From a virus (lineage: Duplodnaviria > Caudoviricetes), in IMG/VR virus record IMGVR_UViG_3300005935_000016, positions 1 through 55,295 of that record: a stretch of DNA of 55,295 bases; one strand, written 5' to 3'. Numbering within the stretch: the stretch's first letter is position 1; the number at the start of each line of letters is the position of its first letter. A program made the translations under genes and the position numbers. Below the pieces are notes generated by a model that did not search any database, was not told the origin of the DNA, and saw only the letters and a list, made by a program, of their open reading frames with translations. Shown piece by piece: positions 19,372-27,874 of the stretch.

Positions 19372-19517
19372 TAAAAGACAAATATAATAAATTTATATGT
19401 TGGAAATTTGGACATTGTTACGATATAGTTTTCGAAGTATTAAAAAAACAGGGAAATATTGAATACACAAAATTGTATGCCAAATGTTCTCGGTGTCATA
19501 ATAAGAAGGAAGTTTAA
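19368..19517 (+). CDS. Small Zn-finger protein (49 aa, not in ORF track)
   Basis: CWKFGH..CSRC; ATGA overlap with the upstream gene. Confidence 0.6.
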   Translation: MIKDKYNKFICWKFGHCYDIVFEVLKKQGNIEYTKLYAKCSRCHNKKEV

Positions 19518-19518
19518 A

Positions 19519-20256
19519 ATGAACGAAAAAAAGTGGAATGAATATATTCAAAGACTCAAAGTACCTAAAACCAATTCAGGTATTAATATAACTATAAGAA
19601 AAAGCGACATAGAGTTTATTTCTAAATTTGCTGATATTTCAAACAAAAAAATATTAGACATCGGCTGTGAAGAGGGTGCGACATTAGAACATTTTAAAAA
19701 ACGGTTTAATTGTGAAATATATGGTGCTACTCTCGGTGATACTAATAAAGAATACATAACAAAATGTGATATGCATGAATTAGATTTTGATGATGATTCT
19801 TTTGATATCGTATTTATTTCTCATACATTAGAACATTCTATTTCACCTTATATAGTATTACACGAAATACGAAGAGTACTAAAAAAGGGTGGAATTGTTA
19901 TTATTATAATGCCAGAAGAAGGTGATATTTGGACTTCTGTTAAACAACATTATTCGACAATGACATTTAGACAATTATTTAATTTGCTAAATAAATTATC
20001 ATTTCGTTCTAAGATGAATTTCAGGAAAGAATATATGATAAACATGAGAGAAAATAAACGTGATATATTATCGATATGGACAAATCATAAAGGTACTATA
20101 CAAACAATAAATGATAACATATCTTTAATACCAGTCCCGATAAAATGTAACATTATATTCGATGAACATAATACCAAGTTTACATACATCGACGTTATGG
20201 TCGCTAGTGATAGGGAGATATGTCATTTTCTGAATCGAACAGATAGTTTAACATAA
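19519..20256 (+). CDS. Class I SAM-dependent methyltransferase
   Basis: ILDIGCEEG, DMH..SFD..SHTLEH, RVLKKGG. Confidence 0.85.
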   Translation: MNEKKWNEYIQRLKVPKTNSGINITIRKSDIEFISKFADISNKKILDIGCEEGATLEHFKKRFNCEIYGATLGDTNKEYITKCDMHELDFDDDSFDIVFISHTLEHSISPYIVLHEIRRVLKKGGIVIIIMPEEGDIWTSVKQHYSTMTFRQLFNLLNKLSFRSKMNFRKEYMINMRENKRDILSIWTNHKGTIQTINDNISLIPVPIKCNIIFDEHNTKFTYIDVMVASDREICHFLNRTDSLT

Positions 20257-20276
20257 AATATAAAAATAGGAAAAAG

Positions 20277-20780
20277 ATGAATCACAGACAATTAACATTT
20301 AGAGCAATCGACAAACTAAACTTGTAACCTGGTAAAGTTTTAGACGTCGGTTGTGGAAGACAGACAGAAACTAAACAATACTTTGAAGAGAAAGGATTTG
20401 AGTGGAGTGGGTGTGATACAATACCACAAAAAGACGAAAATATAAAAGTTTGTAACATGGAAGATTTAAACGTATACAAAGATGAATCATTTGATGTCGT
20501 GTTCGTTTGTCATTCGTTCGAACACTGTATGTCACCCTTTAGTTCATTATACGAGTTTAAACGAATATTAAAAGACGGTGGTAAACTACTATTAAGTACT
20601 CCACTATACTGCACAGAACAAGTTTTATATAGAGACGACGATCACTATTTCGTGTTAACTGGAGAACAGTTAGCTAAATTATTACATACTTGTCGATATA
20701 AAAACATTAACGGATGGGAAGAATTGCAGCCAAATAAAGATATTCCTAACAGCAGTCAAATAATGTATGCGGAGAAATAA
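20277..20780 (+). pseudogene. Class I SAM methyltransferase with in-frame TAA at 20325-20327
   Basis: MNHRQ..LNL*PGKVLDVGCG is in frame with the 20457 ORF (SFD..HSFEH, RILKDGG). Confidence 0.8.
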
Positions 20781-20781
20781 G

Positions 20782-21351
20782 ATGAAATACGGAAAAGAAT
20801 ATTTCGAAAATCGTGGCTTACACAAACATTTATTTTTTGAATTCGTGAAATGGTTACGATACTTAAACGCTGACGGAATACTAGAACCGCGGTTTATGTT
20901 TTTAGGTTGCGGTTTAGGACATAGGGTATATATAGCGAGTTATTATGAAACACTTGCTCACGGGATAGATTTAGAATATCCAATAAAAAATACACCATAC
21001 GATAGAATTAAAAAACAATTGGCGTTCGGTGATATAGCTAAAGACGAAACATTTAACTCAATACCAGACAGTTTTTATAATGTTGTATGTGCGTATGACG
21101 TGTTAGAACACATGGACGGAATTCAACAAGTTGAAAATACTCTAAAAAACATGTATAAAATATCTAACAAATATGTTATCATAAGTGTTCCAGTTATCGG
21201 TGATAAGAACTTAGAAGCAGATCCAACTCACAATATTAAAAAATCGTTAGAATGGTGGCATTATACGATAGGCAAAGCGGGTTTTAATATAATAGAAACT
21301 CCGTCAGATTGGTTGTATCGACACCAAATCATATTGGGCGTCAAAAAATGA
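20782..21351 (+). CDS. Class I SAM-dependent methyltransferase
   Basis: FLGCGLG, DVLEH, DPTH. Confidence 0.8.
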   Translation: MKYGKEYFENRGLHKHLFFEFVKWLRYLNADGILEPRFMFLGCGLGHRVYIASYYETLAHGIDLEYPIKNTPYDRIKKQLAFGDIAKDETFNSIPDSFYNVVCAYDVLEHMDGIQQVENTLKNMYKISNKYVIISVPVIGDKNLEADPTHNIKKSLEWWHYTIGKAGFNIIETPSDWLYRHQIILGVKK

Positions 21352-21539
21352 AAACTCCAGAATTATGCAAAGGGTGTTACCGTTGGGATAAATGGAAAAC
21401 AAAATGTGTATATTATTGGAAAGATAAAGGAAACGTCTATTCGACATACAACGATAACAAACCATTTTGCCCGAGTAAAGTTAGAGACGAAGAGGAGTTA
21501 TTCGCACTAAGTAGACGAAGAGAAACATTATTTTTATAG
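21348..21539 (+). CDS. Small Cys-rich protein
   Basis: CKGC..C..C; ATGA overlap at 21348. Confidence 0.55.
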   Translation: MKTPELCKGCYRWDKWKTKCVYYWKDKGNVYSTYNDNKPFCPSKVRDEEELFALSRRRETLFL

Positions 21540-21542
21540 GAG

Positions 21543-22442
21543 ATGATTATGAAAACAGTTAAAGAATTAGAAAAAGAATATTGTATTGATATTCAAGTTT
21601 GCTCTAAGAACAGAGTAGGAGAGTTGTGTTTGTTACTACAATCTCTAAGGACACAGAGTTTTACCAATTTTAACGTGTTAATATTAGACGACGGGAGCAC
21701 TACACCAAATACGTCACACGACATGTTTAATAAAGTTATACACAGAGTGAAACAAGAAAAGCATAAATTGTTTATGTTTAGAAATGACATGAGTGTTGGA
21801 GTATGTAAAGCTAGAAATAGATTGATCGAAGAATCTAATAAAGAAAACACCGGAGCTAACTTATTTTGTCGTCTGGATGATGACGTGATTTGTGAATCAG
21901 ATTATTTAGAAAGATTAGTTCGAGTAATCGACATGGGTTATGATATGTCTTCGGGGATTACTCCACCCGCAGCAAATCCAGAGTTTTTAAGAAGAGCTGA
22001 ATTTGTCAAACCGATTATTAACAGATTACACTTCGAACAAGATGGTAATGTTACAGTAGTTGGTGACGATTGTGGACATAGTTATTACGACGACACAGTA
22101 ATCCCAGCCCACCACTTGAGAAGTTGTTTCATGTATAAAAAAGAGGTTACCGATTCAGGTATAAGACACGAATTGGGGCTAAATTGGTTTAGAGAAGAAA
22201 CGTTCTTTAGCGCTAGAGCAATCTTAAATGGTTTTACTATGGCAGTTGATACGATGGCCAAGGTTATTCATTTAATAACTCCAAGCGGCGGTTGTAGAAG
22301 CGTGTACCCTTTAGCTAACTTAGATGAAGAAAACTTTCAATCTTGGATGAAACGAAAATTCGAGAAGCATGGTGATTTCTTAGATGAATACGAAAAGAAA
22401 GTTTTAGTTAAACATAAAAAGATTATGGAGAATCAACAATGA
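21543..22442 (+). CDS. Glycosyltransferase, GT2 (GT-A)
   Basis: LRTQS, ILDDGS, KARN, RLDDD, REET. Confidence 0.85.
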   Translation: MIMKTVKELEKEYCIDIQVCSKNRVGELCLLLQSLRTQSFTNFNVLILDDGSTTPNTSHDMFNKVIHRVKQEKHKLFMFRNDMSVGVCKARNRLIEESNKENTGANLFCRLDDDVICESDYLERLVRVIDMGYDMSSGITPPAANPEFLRRAEFVKPIINRLHFEQDGNVTVVGDDCGHSYYDDTVIPAHHLRSCFMYKKEVTDSGIRHELGLNWFREETFFSARAILNGFTMAVDTMAKVIHLITPSGGCRSVYPLANLDEENFQSWMKRKFEKHGDFLDEYEKKVLVKHKKIMENQQ

Positions 22443-23527
22443 AAATAGAAAATATAACAATATTAGGACCAGCATTCACACAAGACGGCTATGGTAGTCA
22501 TGTCAGACAATTATCTTACGCAATAAATAAACATCTTCCAGTAAGATTAGAAACAAATAAACCAGACGGCTGGGAACACCAATCATCACAAGAGATGATA
22601 GATATGTGTAATAGAAATTTCAGAGGAGATGCTACTGTCTTTATCGGGCTTCCACATTTTTGGGAATTGGCGTTATCAACTAACCCTAAAAACTTTGTCG
22701 GGTTTCTAGTTTGGGAATGCGACAAGATACCTCAACAATGGGCAGACATTTGTAACGATGAAAGAGTTAAACAGATTTGGACACCGTCTAAATTTACTAA
22801 GGAATCTCTTGTGAAGTCTGGAGTACCAGAAGATAAAGTATTCGTAGTTAGTCACGGAGTTAATTTAGACAAGTTTAAACCGACCGAAAGTCCTAATAAG
22901 AATGATAAGTTTACATTCCTGTATTGTAAGGGCTGGGTTAAGGGGTCTACTGACAGATCTGGTTTCCAATATTTAGTAAAAGCATTCAGTGAAGAATTCG
23001 GGAAAGATGAACCGGTTAGATTGATAGCTAAACTAAACCAAGCATATCTACACCAAGGTTGGGACTTCAAGATCGAGTTAGATAAACTAAACTTAGACTT
23101 AGAAAACTCGGCCGAAATCGGTGCAATACTAGAAAATGTACCATTCGATAAGCTGTTAGGTATATATGCAATGGCTGACGTGATGTGTGTACCAACATGT
23201 GGGGAAGGATTTGGTTTAACTTATGCCGAATCTATGGCCTGTGGGGTACCCTGTATTGCTACAGAGTTTGGCGGACAAACCGATTTTGTTACTAAGGACA
23301 ACGGTTGGTTAATTCCTCATGGAATGCAACCGGCTAATGATGGTGTAATGTATGAGGAATGCTCGTGGGCTAAACCTGACATCAAAGAATTGAAGAAGGT
23401 TTTAAGACATGTATATAATAATAGAGACGAAGTGGCTAACAAAGCTAAGAAGTCTTTAGAAGATATACAAACCTGGACATGGGACAATACCGCGAAATTG
23501 GCTTTAGATGCTTTATCTAAGCTTTAA
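22439..23527 (+). CDS. Glycosyltransferase, GT4 (GT-B)
   Basis: TPSKF..HGV; PTCGEGFGLTYAESMACGVP. Confidence 0.9.
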   Translation: MKIENITILGPAFTQDGYGSHVRQLSYAINKHLPVRLETNKPDGWEHQSSQEMIDMCNRNFRGDATVFIGLPHFWELALSTNPKNFVGFLVWECDKIPQQWADICNDERVKQIWTPSKFTKESLVKSGVPEDKVFVVSHGVNLDKFKPTESPNKNDKFTFLYCKGWVKGSTDRSGFQYLVKAFSEEFGKDEPVRLIAKLNQAYLHQGWDFKIELDKLNLDLENSAEIGAILENVPFDKLLGIYAMADVMCVPTCGEGFGLTYAESMACGVPCIATEFGGQTDFVTKDNGWLIPHGMQPANDGVMYEECSWAKPDIKELKKVLRHVYNNRDEVANKAKKSLEDIQTWTWDNTAKLALDALSKL

Positions 23528-23614
23528 TTTTTCTTTTTTTATTACCTTTTTATTTCTGTAAATATATCTTAACTTGAATCCTTTATAAATGAATTAAAAC
23601 CTTTAATCAAATAA

Positions 23615-23630
23615 TAGAAACCTTTATATA
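23615..23630 (+). promoter_or_regulatory. Archaeal promoter of a leaderless microprotein operon
   Basis: TAGAAACCTTTATATA with ATG 23653 22 nt downstream; T-rich terminator just after 23527. Confidence 0.6.
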
Positions 23631-23652
23631 CTGGTAATGTTTATAATCATAT

Positions 23653-23811
23653 ATGGAAACAAAGGACATAACAAAAATGGAACAACTAAAAAAAGAAAAA
23701 ATTGAACATGATGTTTTCATGGATGTACATCGTGAAGAAAGACAATATCAAAAAAAGATTGAATCGCGAACAGCTTGTATTATTAGATGTTTGCCTACTG
23801 GAGGATTTTAG
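23653..23811 (+). CDS. Microprotein (52 aa, not in ORF track)
   Basis: METKDITK..CLPTGGF; its end supplies the GGAGG RBS of the next gene. Confidence 0.55.
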   Translation: METKDITKMEQLKKEKIEHDVFMDVHREERQYQKKIESRTACIIRCLPTGGF

Positions 23812-23812
23812 A

Positions 23813-24043
23813 ATGGAAGAATTAAAAATATTAGAACAAAAACTCGAACAATTCGATTACACTTACATGATGAGTGACGATCATCGTGTTTGGCAAGCTG
23901 GAGTAGATCAAGAAGATTTAGTAAGAGCATTAATTCGGAAAACGTTAAAAGAAAATCCTGGATACAAACAACACGTAAAAGACTTAATATTAAAACACAA
24001 ACCTGAATACGGAACTAACTTTATTGAAGAGGACGAAAAATAA
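23813..24043 (+). CDS. Small conserved viral protein
   Basis: ATG 23813 after GGAGG; FDYTYMMSDDHRVW motif. Confidence 0.65.
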   Translation: MEELKILEQKLEQFDYTYMMSDDHRVWQAGVDQEDLVRALIRKTLKENPGYKQHVKDLILKHKPEYGTNFIEEDEK

Positions 24044-24044
24044 A

Positions 24045-24248
24045 ATGGGAAACATTGAAGAAGGAATAGTAGAACAAATTGTAAAAATTTGTAAAGAAAG
24101 AGATTTAGAAGTTGGACAAATCGTTGATTTATTACCAGACGAAGAACAAGAAGAGTTATTAGAACAACTAACAACAACGTGTATCTGTGGTAATACCTTC
24201 GAAGACGATAGCGACATTGAAATCGGAATATGTAAGGATTGCAGATGA
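24045..24248 (+). CDS. Small acidic Zn-finger protein
   Basis: CICG..CKDC; ATG 24045. Confidence 0.6.
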   Translation: MGNIEEGIVEQIVKICKERDLEVGQIVDLLPDEEQEELLEQLTTTCICGNTFEDDSDIEIGICKDCR

Positions 24249-24385
24249 ATTGTAATGTTAAAAGGTGCAGAGGATTCAGAAGTCTAATATACTACGACCG
24301 AAACGTTTGTCCTAAACATTGGATTAAACACTGCGACGACGATGATAAGTTCGATTTGAAGAAGGAGTTTGGTATTACAAAATGA
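24245..24385 (+). CDS. Zn-finger microprotein (46 aa, not in ORF track)
   Basis: CNVKRC..CPKH; ATGA overlaps at both ends. Confidence 0.6.
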   Translation: MNCNVKRCRGFRSLIYYDRNVCPKHWIKHCDDDDKFDLKKEFGITK

Positions 24386-24507
24386 TTGAATGTAAACACC
24401 CAATAACCAAGGTTAGAAAGGCACACAAGACAGATGGCGGTGAACAGGTTTACCGTTGTTTAGAATGTGATCACACTTTTACTAAAATAAAATATAGGAG
24501 GACATGA
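24382..24507 (+). CDS. Zn-ribbon microprotein (41 aa, not in ORF track)
   Basis: CKH..YRCLECDHTF; GGAG RBS. Confidence 0.6.
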   Translation: MIECKHPITKVRKAHKTDGGEQVYRCLECDHTFTKIKYRRT

Positions 24508-24677
24508 ACAAAATGGTAAGAACAACACTAAGTAAGATCGGAGAAGCATTATTCTACGTATCATTACTCGTTTCAGCATTGTTTACTTTTGGCGCTACGA
24601 TAGCTGCATACTTTATTCTGAGATACACAATATTCTATGCACTACAAGATCACGAAGCATCAAAAAGCAAGAAGTAA
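24504..24677 (+). CDS. Small membrane protein (not in ORF track)
   Basis: GGAGG RBS; long hydrophobic stretch ALFYVSLLVSALFTFGATIAAYFIL; start 24504 or 24513. Confidence 0.6.
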   Translation: MNKMVRTTLSKIGEALFYVSLLVSALFTFGATIAAYFILRYTIFYALQDHEASKSKK

Positions 24678-24781
24678 TACAATACGAGTTAAATACAAGC
24701 CCATACAGACATTCTTTTCTTTTTTATATATATAACCATAGCTTAAAATATATTGTCTTAAATGACACAGGATTAACCACA

Positions 24782-24967
24782 ATGATAATAGAGAACAGAA
24801 AGGATAAAAAAGAATACGATATCAGTGAATTATTAGAACTTCCAGAAATACAACAACTAATAAAAGACAAGAAAGATAAACGGAACGAATATTTCCGAGA
24901 GTATTATAAAAAAAATAAAAAAAAGAAAAAAAGTAAAGAAAAAATTACGCCTGAATCTTCAGGGTAA
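24782..24967 (+). CDS. Small basic protein
   Basis: Lys-rich ORF; converges on and overlaps the S-layer-like gene by 23 nt. Confidence 0.5.
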   Translation: MIIENRKDKKEYDISELLELPEIQQLIKDKKDKRNEYFREYYKKNKKKKKSKEKITPESSG

Positions 24968-26561
24968 CTTCTAATTTTTCTTCTGGTAACATCAACTTAG
25001 CTTCATCATTATCAGCGCCATTTTCTGGTTCTGAAATAACAACTCCAAATGCAGTTAATACATCATATTCTGAAGTACCAACATTATTACCATTATAAGT
25101 CAAGTCGTCTGCTTCTGCATCTTCTTCTTCAAGTCCAAATCTTTCTTCTGAAGCATCTGCGTTAACTACAATAACATTTCCATCTTCGTCTGTTAATGAA
25201 ACTGCACCTTCTAAGTCGAAAGCCAATTCATAAACAACACCATCAAGATCAATTGTTGCGGTTAAATCAGTTAAAACAACATAATCGTTGTCTTCTTCAT
25301 AGTATAAACTTGTACCATCTGAGTAGATAACATTAACATTTTCGTCATCAACTTCTAAAACATCGTCGTCTGCTGAGATTGCTGTTACTTGAACGTCAAC
25401 TCCAGCTACATCGATTTCGTCGAAGTAAATTTCTAGTTCCACGTAATCAACTTCGCTAACTGAATCTAAACACAATGTAATATATTCGTTAGGGAAAGAT
25501 AGACATTCTGAAACTGCTAATGCTGTAACATCTGAATCTAATTTGTTAAATTTCTCATCTAATGCTAATGAAATACTTAATAAGTTAGTTCCATCGTCTT
25601 CAATGTTCCATTCCCACATTTCTGCTTCATCTAAATAGTCACCAGATTCGATTGTCTGTTTAGCACTTTCACCTAAAATCAACATAGCTGAACTATCTGA
25701 TTTAGTGTCTTTGTTAAATAAACTTTCGACGTAAACTGTAAGACCATTAACTGTTTCAGTTTGACCCTCGCTTACTATTTCTGTTAAACCATCAACATCG
25801 ATAACAACTGCTGAAGAACCAACATCAATTAAAGTTAGTGTTTTTTCTTCTACTGTTACTGTATCATCGACAGTTACATAATTAGACTCTGTTCCAAGGT
25901 ATGTTAACTCACCAGATTCTGCGTTTACTATTTCCATATCAATTCCTAATACTGAGATTGATAACGGTGTTTCATCGCTAATATCTGTTAGAGCAACATC
26001 ATCTTCAAATGTGTAAACATATGAAACGGTGTCTCTTACTGAACCAACTAAATATGGATCAGCTCCAAATTCGTCTTCGAAATCTGCATTTCCTGAATAA
26101 GCAACGAATAAATCGTCACCTAATACCACAGACTCTTTTACTTCTATTTCTTCATCATCAAAGGTAATTTTTCCATCGTATAATACAGCTAACTCATTAT
26201 CATCTAATGTTTTAGAAATACTATCACCAAGTGAATACTCCTTTGTATATTCAACAACTTCATCGGTCTCTTCTGTTTCTGTCACTTCATCTGTTGTTGC
26301 ATCGTCGGTCACCTCATCGGTTACCGGTTCTGTTTCTTCGGAAGTTTCTTCTTCTTCTGAAACTTGATTTTCTACTAGTTGTGTATACTCATCAGAGTTT
26401 TTATATTCATCTATTGAGGATTCTGCTGCATTTGCGATCGCGTCACTTAGCTGATCTTCTGTGTATGTAACTTCTTGTTCTGTACATCCACTGATCATAG
26501 CCATAGCCAAAAGCAAAACAACGATTCCAACAATTGTGAATTTTGTTTTTTTTGTAGACAT
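24945..26561 (-). CDS. Archaeal S-layer-like acidic lipoprotein
   Basis: Signal peptide with lipobox-like MISGC, E/T linker, very acidic beta-rich body (DTVTVEEKTLTLIDVGSSAVVIDVDG..GQTETVNGLTVYV) typical of archaeal S-layer proteins; GGAGG RBS. Confidence 0.7.
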   Translation of the reverse strand: MSTKKTKFTIVGIVVLLLAMAMISGCTEQEVTYTEDQLSDAIANAAESSIDEYKNSDEYTQLVENQVSEEEETSEETEPVTDEVTDDATTDEVTETEETDEVVEYTKEYSLGDSISKTLDDNELAVLYDGKITFDDEEIEVKESVVLGDDLFVAYSGNADFEDEFGADPYLVGSVRDTVSYVYTFEDDVALTDISDETPLSISVLGIDMEIVNAESGELTYLGTESNYVTVDDTVTVEEKTLTLIDVGSSAVVIDVDGLTEIVSEGQTETVNGLTVYVESLFNKDTKSDSSAMLILGESAKQTIESGDYLDEAEMWEWNIEDDGTNLLSISLALDEKFNKLDSDVTALAVSECLSFPNEYITLCLDSVSEVDYVELEIYFDEIDVAGVDVQVTAISADDDVLEVDDENVNVIYSDGTSLYYEEDNDYVVLTDLTATIDLDGVVYELAFDLEGAVSLTDEDGNVIVVNADASEERFGLEEEDAEADDLTYNGNNVGTSEYDVLTAFGVVISEPENGADNDEAKLMLPEEKLEVTLKIQA

Positions 26562-26584
26562 TTTATAGCCTCCTGTGTATTTTT

Positions 26585-26628
26585 GTATAGTAATAACTAT
26601 ACTTTGTTATTTATAAACTTTATTATTT
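26585..26628 (-). promoter_or_regulatory. BRE+TATA promoter and inverted repeat of the S-layer-like gene
   Basis: Minus strand AATAATAAAGTTTATAAATAACA; palindrome GTATAGT-N4-ACTATAC at 26585-26602. Confidence 0.65.
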
Positions 26629-26645
26629 ATAAAAATTATATAATT

Positions 26646-26855
26646 TTAGTACAGTTTTATTGCACTACTTGTTTTCATTCTTAATAAGACATTTCCAACG
26701 ATCATTACGATACTAAATATTTGTAATGCTACGCCTGAAAGTAATCCTGAATCGATTAATGCGGTTGCTACTGTTGCGATTGCAGCTAAAACATTAAACC
26801 AAAACGTCCAACTTTCCCATATCTTTTTAACTATAACTTCTTCTTTTTTTGCCAT
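26646..26855 (-). CDS. Holin-like 2-TM protein
   Basis: Two hydrophobic helices, basic C-tail, lysis-cassette position. Confidence 0.65.
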   Translation of the reverse strand: MAKKEEVIVKKIWESWTFWFNVLAAIATVATALIDSGLLSGVALQIFSIVMIVGNVLLRMKTSSAIKLY

Positions 26856-26868
26856 TATTATTCCTCCA

Positions 26869-27111
26869 TCATATTACTGATTGAATTATTACAACCACAA
26901 CGGATGTGAACACTGCTGTTACGACACCAGTAGTGCCGATAATTTTAGCTAATTTTAAACTATTAGTTTTAATTTCCCGTTCGTGTTCTGCAACTTTACC
27001 GTTAAGTTGTTTTAGATGTTCACCAATGTTTTTCATTTCATTCTTAATAACTGCGACATCTGTCGTCAAGTTTATTAACATATCTTTGTTTGTCATTCCA
27101 CTGTTTCTCAT
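26869..27111 (-). CDS. XhlA/holin-like coiled coil with C-terminal TM helix
   Basis: HLKQLNGKVAEHE coil, then a hydrophobic C-terminus. Confidence 0.6.
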   Translation of the reverse strand: MRNSGMTNKDMLINLTTDVAVIKNEMKNIGEHLKQLNGKVAEHEREIKTNSLKLAKIIGTTGVVTAVFTSVVVVIIQSVI

Positions 27112-27123
27112 TTTTTGCGTCTC

Positions 27124-27873
27124 CTATATTAAAGTACTTTTTTGTGCCCACGAATATTCGTTGTTAAACGTCCACCAGATATCTTTATATTTTTTCATAT
27201 CATTGTGTGGGACTTTTTTAAATGATTTCACACTTTCATTATACCAATAACACCAATCTAATACATACCATTGATCGTCATCGGCTAAATAAATTACATA
27301 TGCGTGACCGACTTGTTTCTTTTTGTTACTTGGATTCTCAACGAAACCACAACATACCTTTACCCGGTAACTCGGTACACCAGCAATCAACATCATACTA
27401 GCTAACAATAATGCACCATCTTCACAATCGCCCTTTTTAGTTTGATAAGTTTCTTCTGGTGTTTGCCAATATTCTGCCTGTTTATGAGTAACGAAATCGC
27501 CAACATATGTTAAACGTTTTTTAACGTATTTTAACATACCTAACGCGGTATCGTCGTGTGTTTGTTTTTGTTTACTTTTAGACAATTTGTCTAATATATG
27601 TGATTTGTTAAATATTAAATTTCTTACATCTGCAGTTAACTTGCTTGAAACACTGTATGTAATACTATTCTTTTTCCATTTATTATTCCAATCATTAGCA
27701 ATTTTTTCTAGTTGTGTTTTACTAGTTAAAACCAGTAATTCACTGACAAGTTTACTATTTTCGCTAGACAACTTTTCAACTTCTAATAATGAATCATCAT
27801 ATAACTGTTGTTCTTCATCGAACACCAAATCGTAAATCGTTTGTTTTATTTTATGTATTAAGAGTTGTTTCAT
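27124..27873 (-). CDS. Transglutaminase-like cysteine protease, putative lysin
   Basis: EYWQTP..GDCEDGA, GHAY, VLD catalytic triad; next to holin-like genes. Confidence 0.8.
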   Translation of the reverse strand: MKQLLIHKIKQTIYDLVFDEEQQLYDDSLLEVEKLSSENSKLVSELLVLTSKTQLEKIANDWNNKWKKNSITYSVSSKLTADVRNLIFNKSHILDKLSKSKQKQTHDDTALGMLKYVKKRLTYVGDFVTHKQAEYWQTPEETYQTKKGDCEDGALLLASMMLIAGVPSYRVKVCCGFVENPSNKKKQVGHAYVIYLADDDQWYVLDWCYWYNESVKSFKKVPHNDMKKYKDIWWTFNNEYSWAQKSTLI

Positions 27874-27874
27874 T

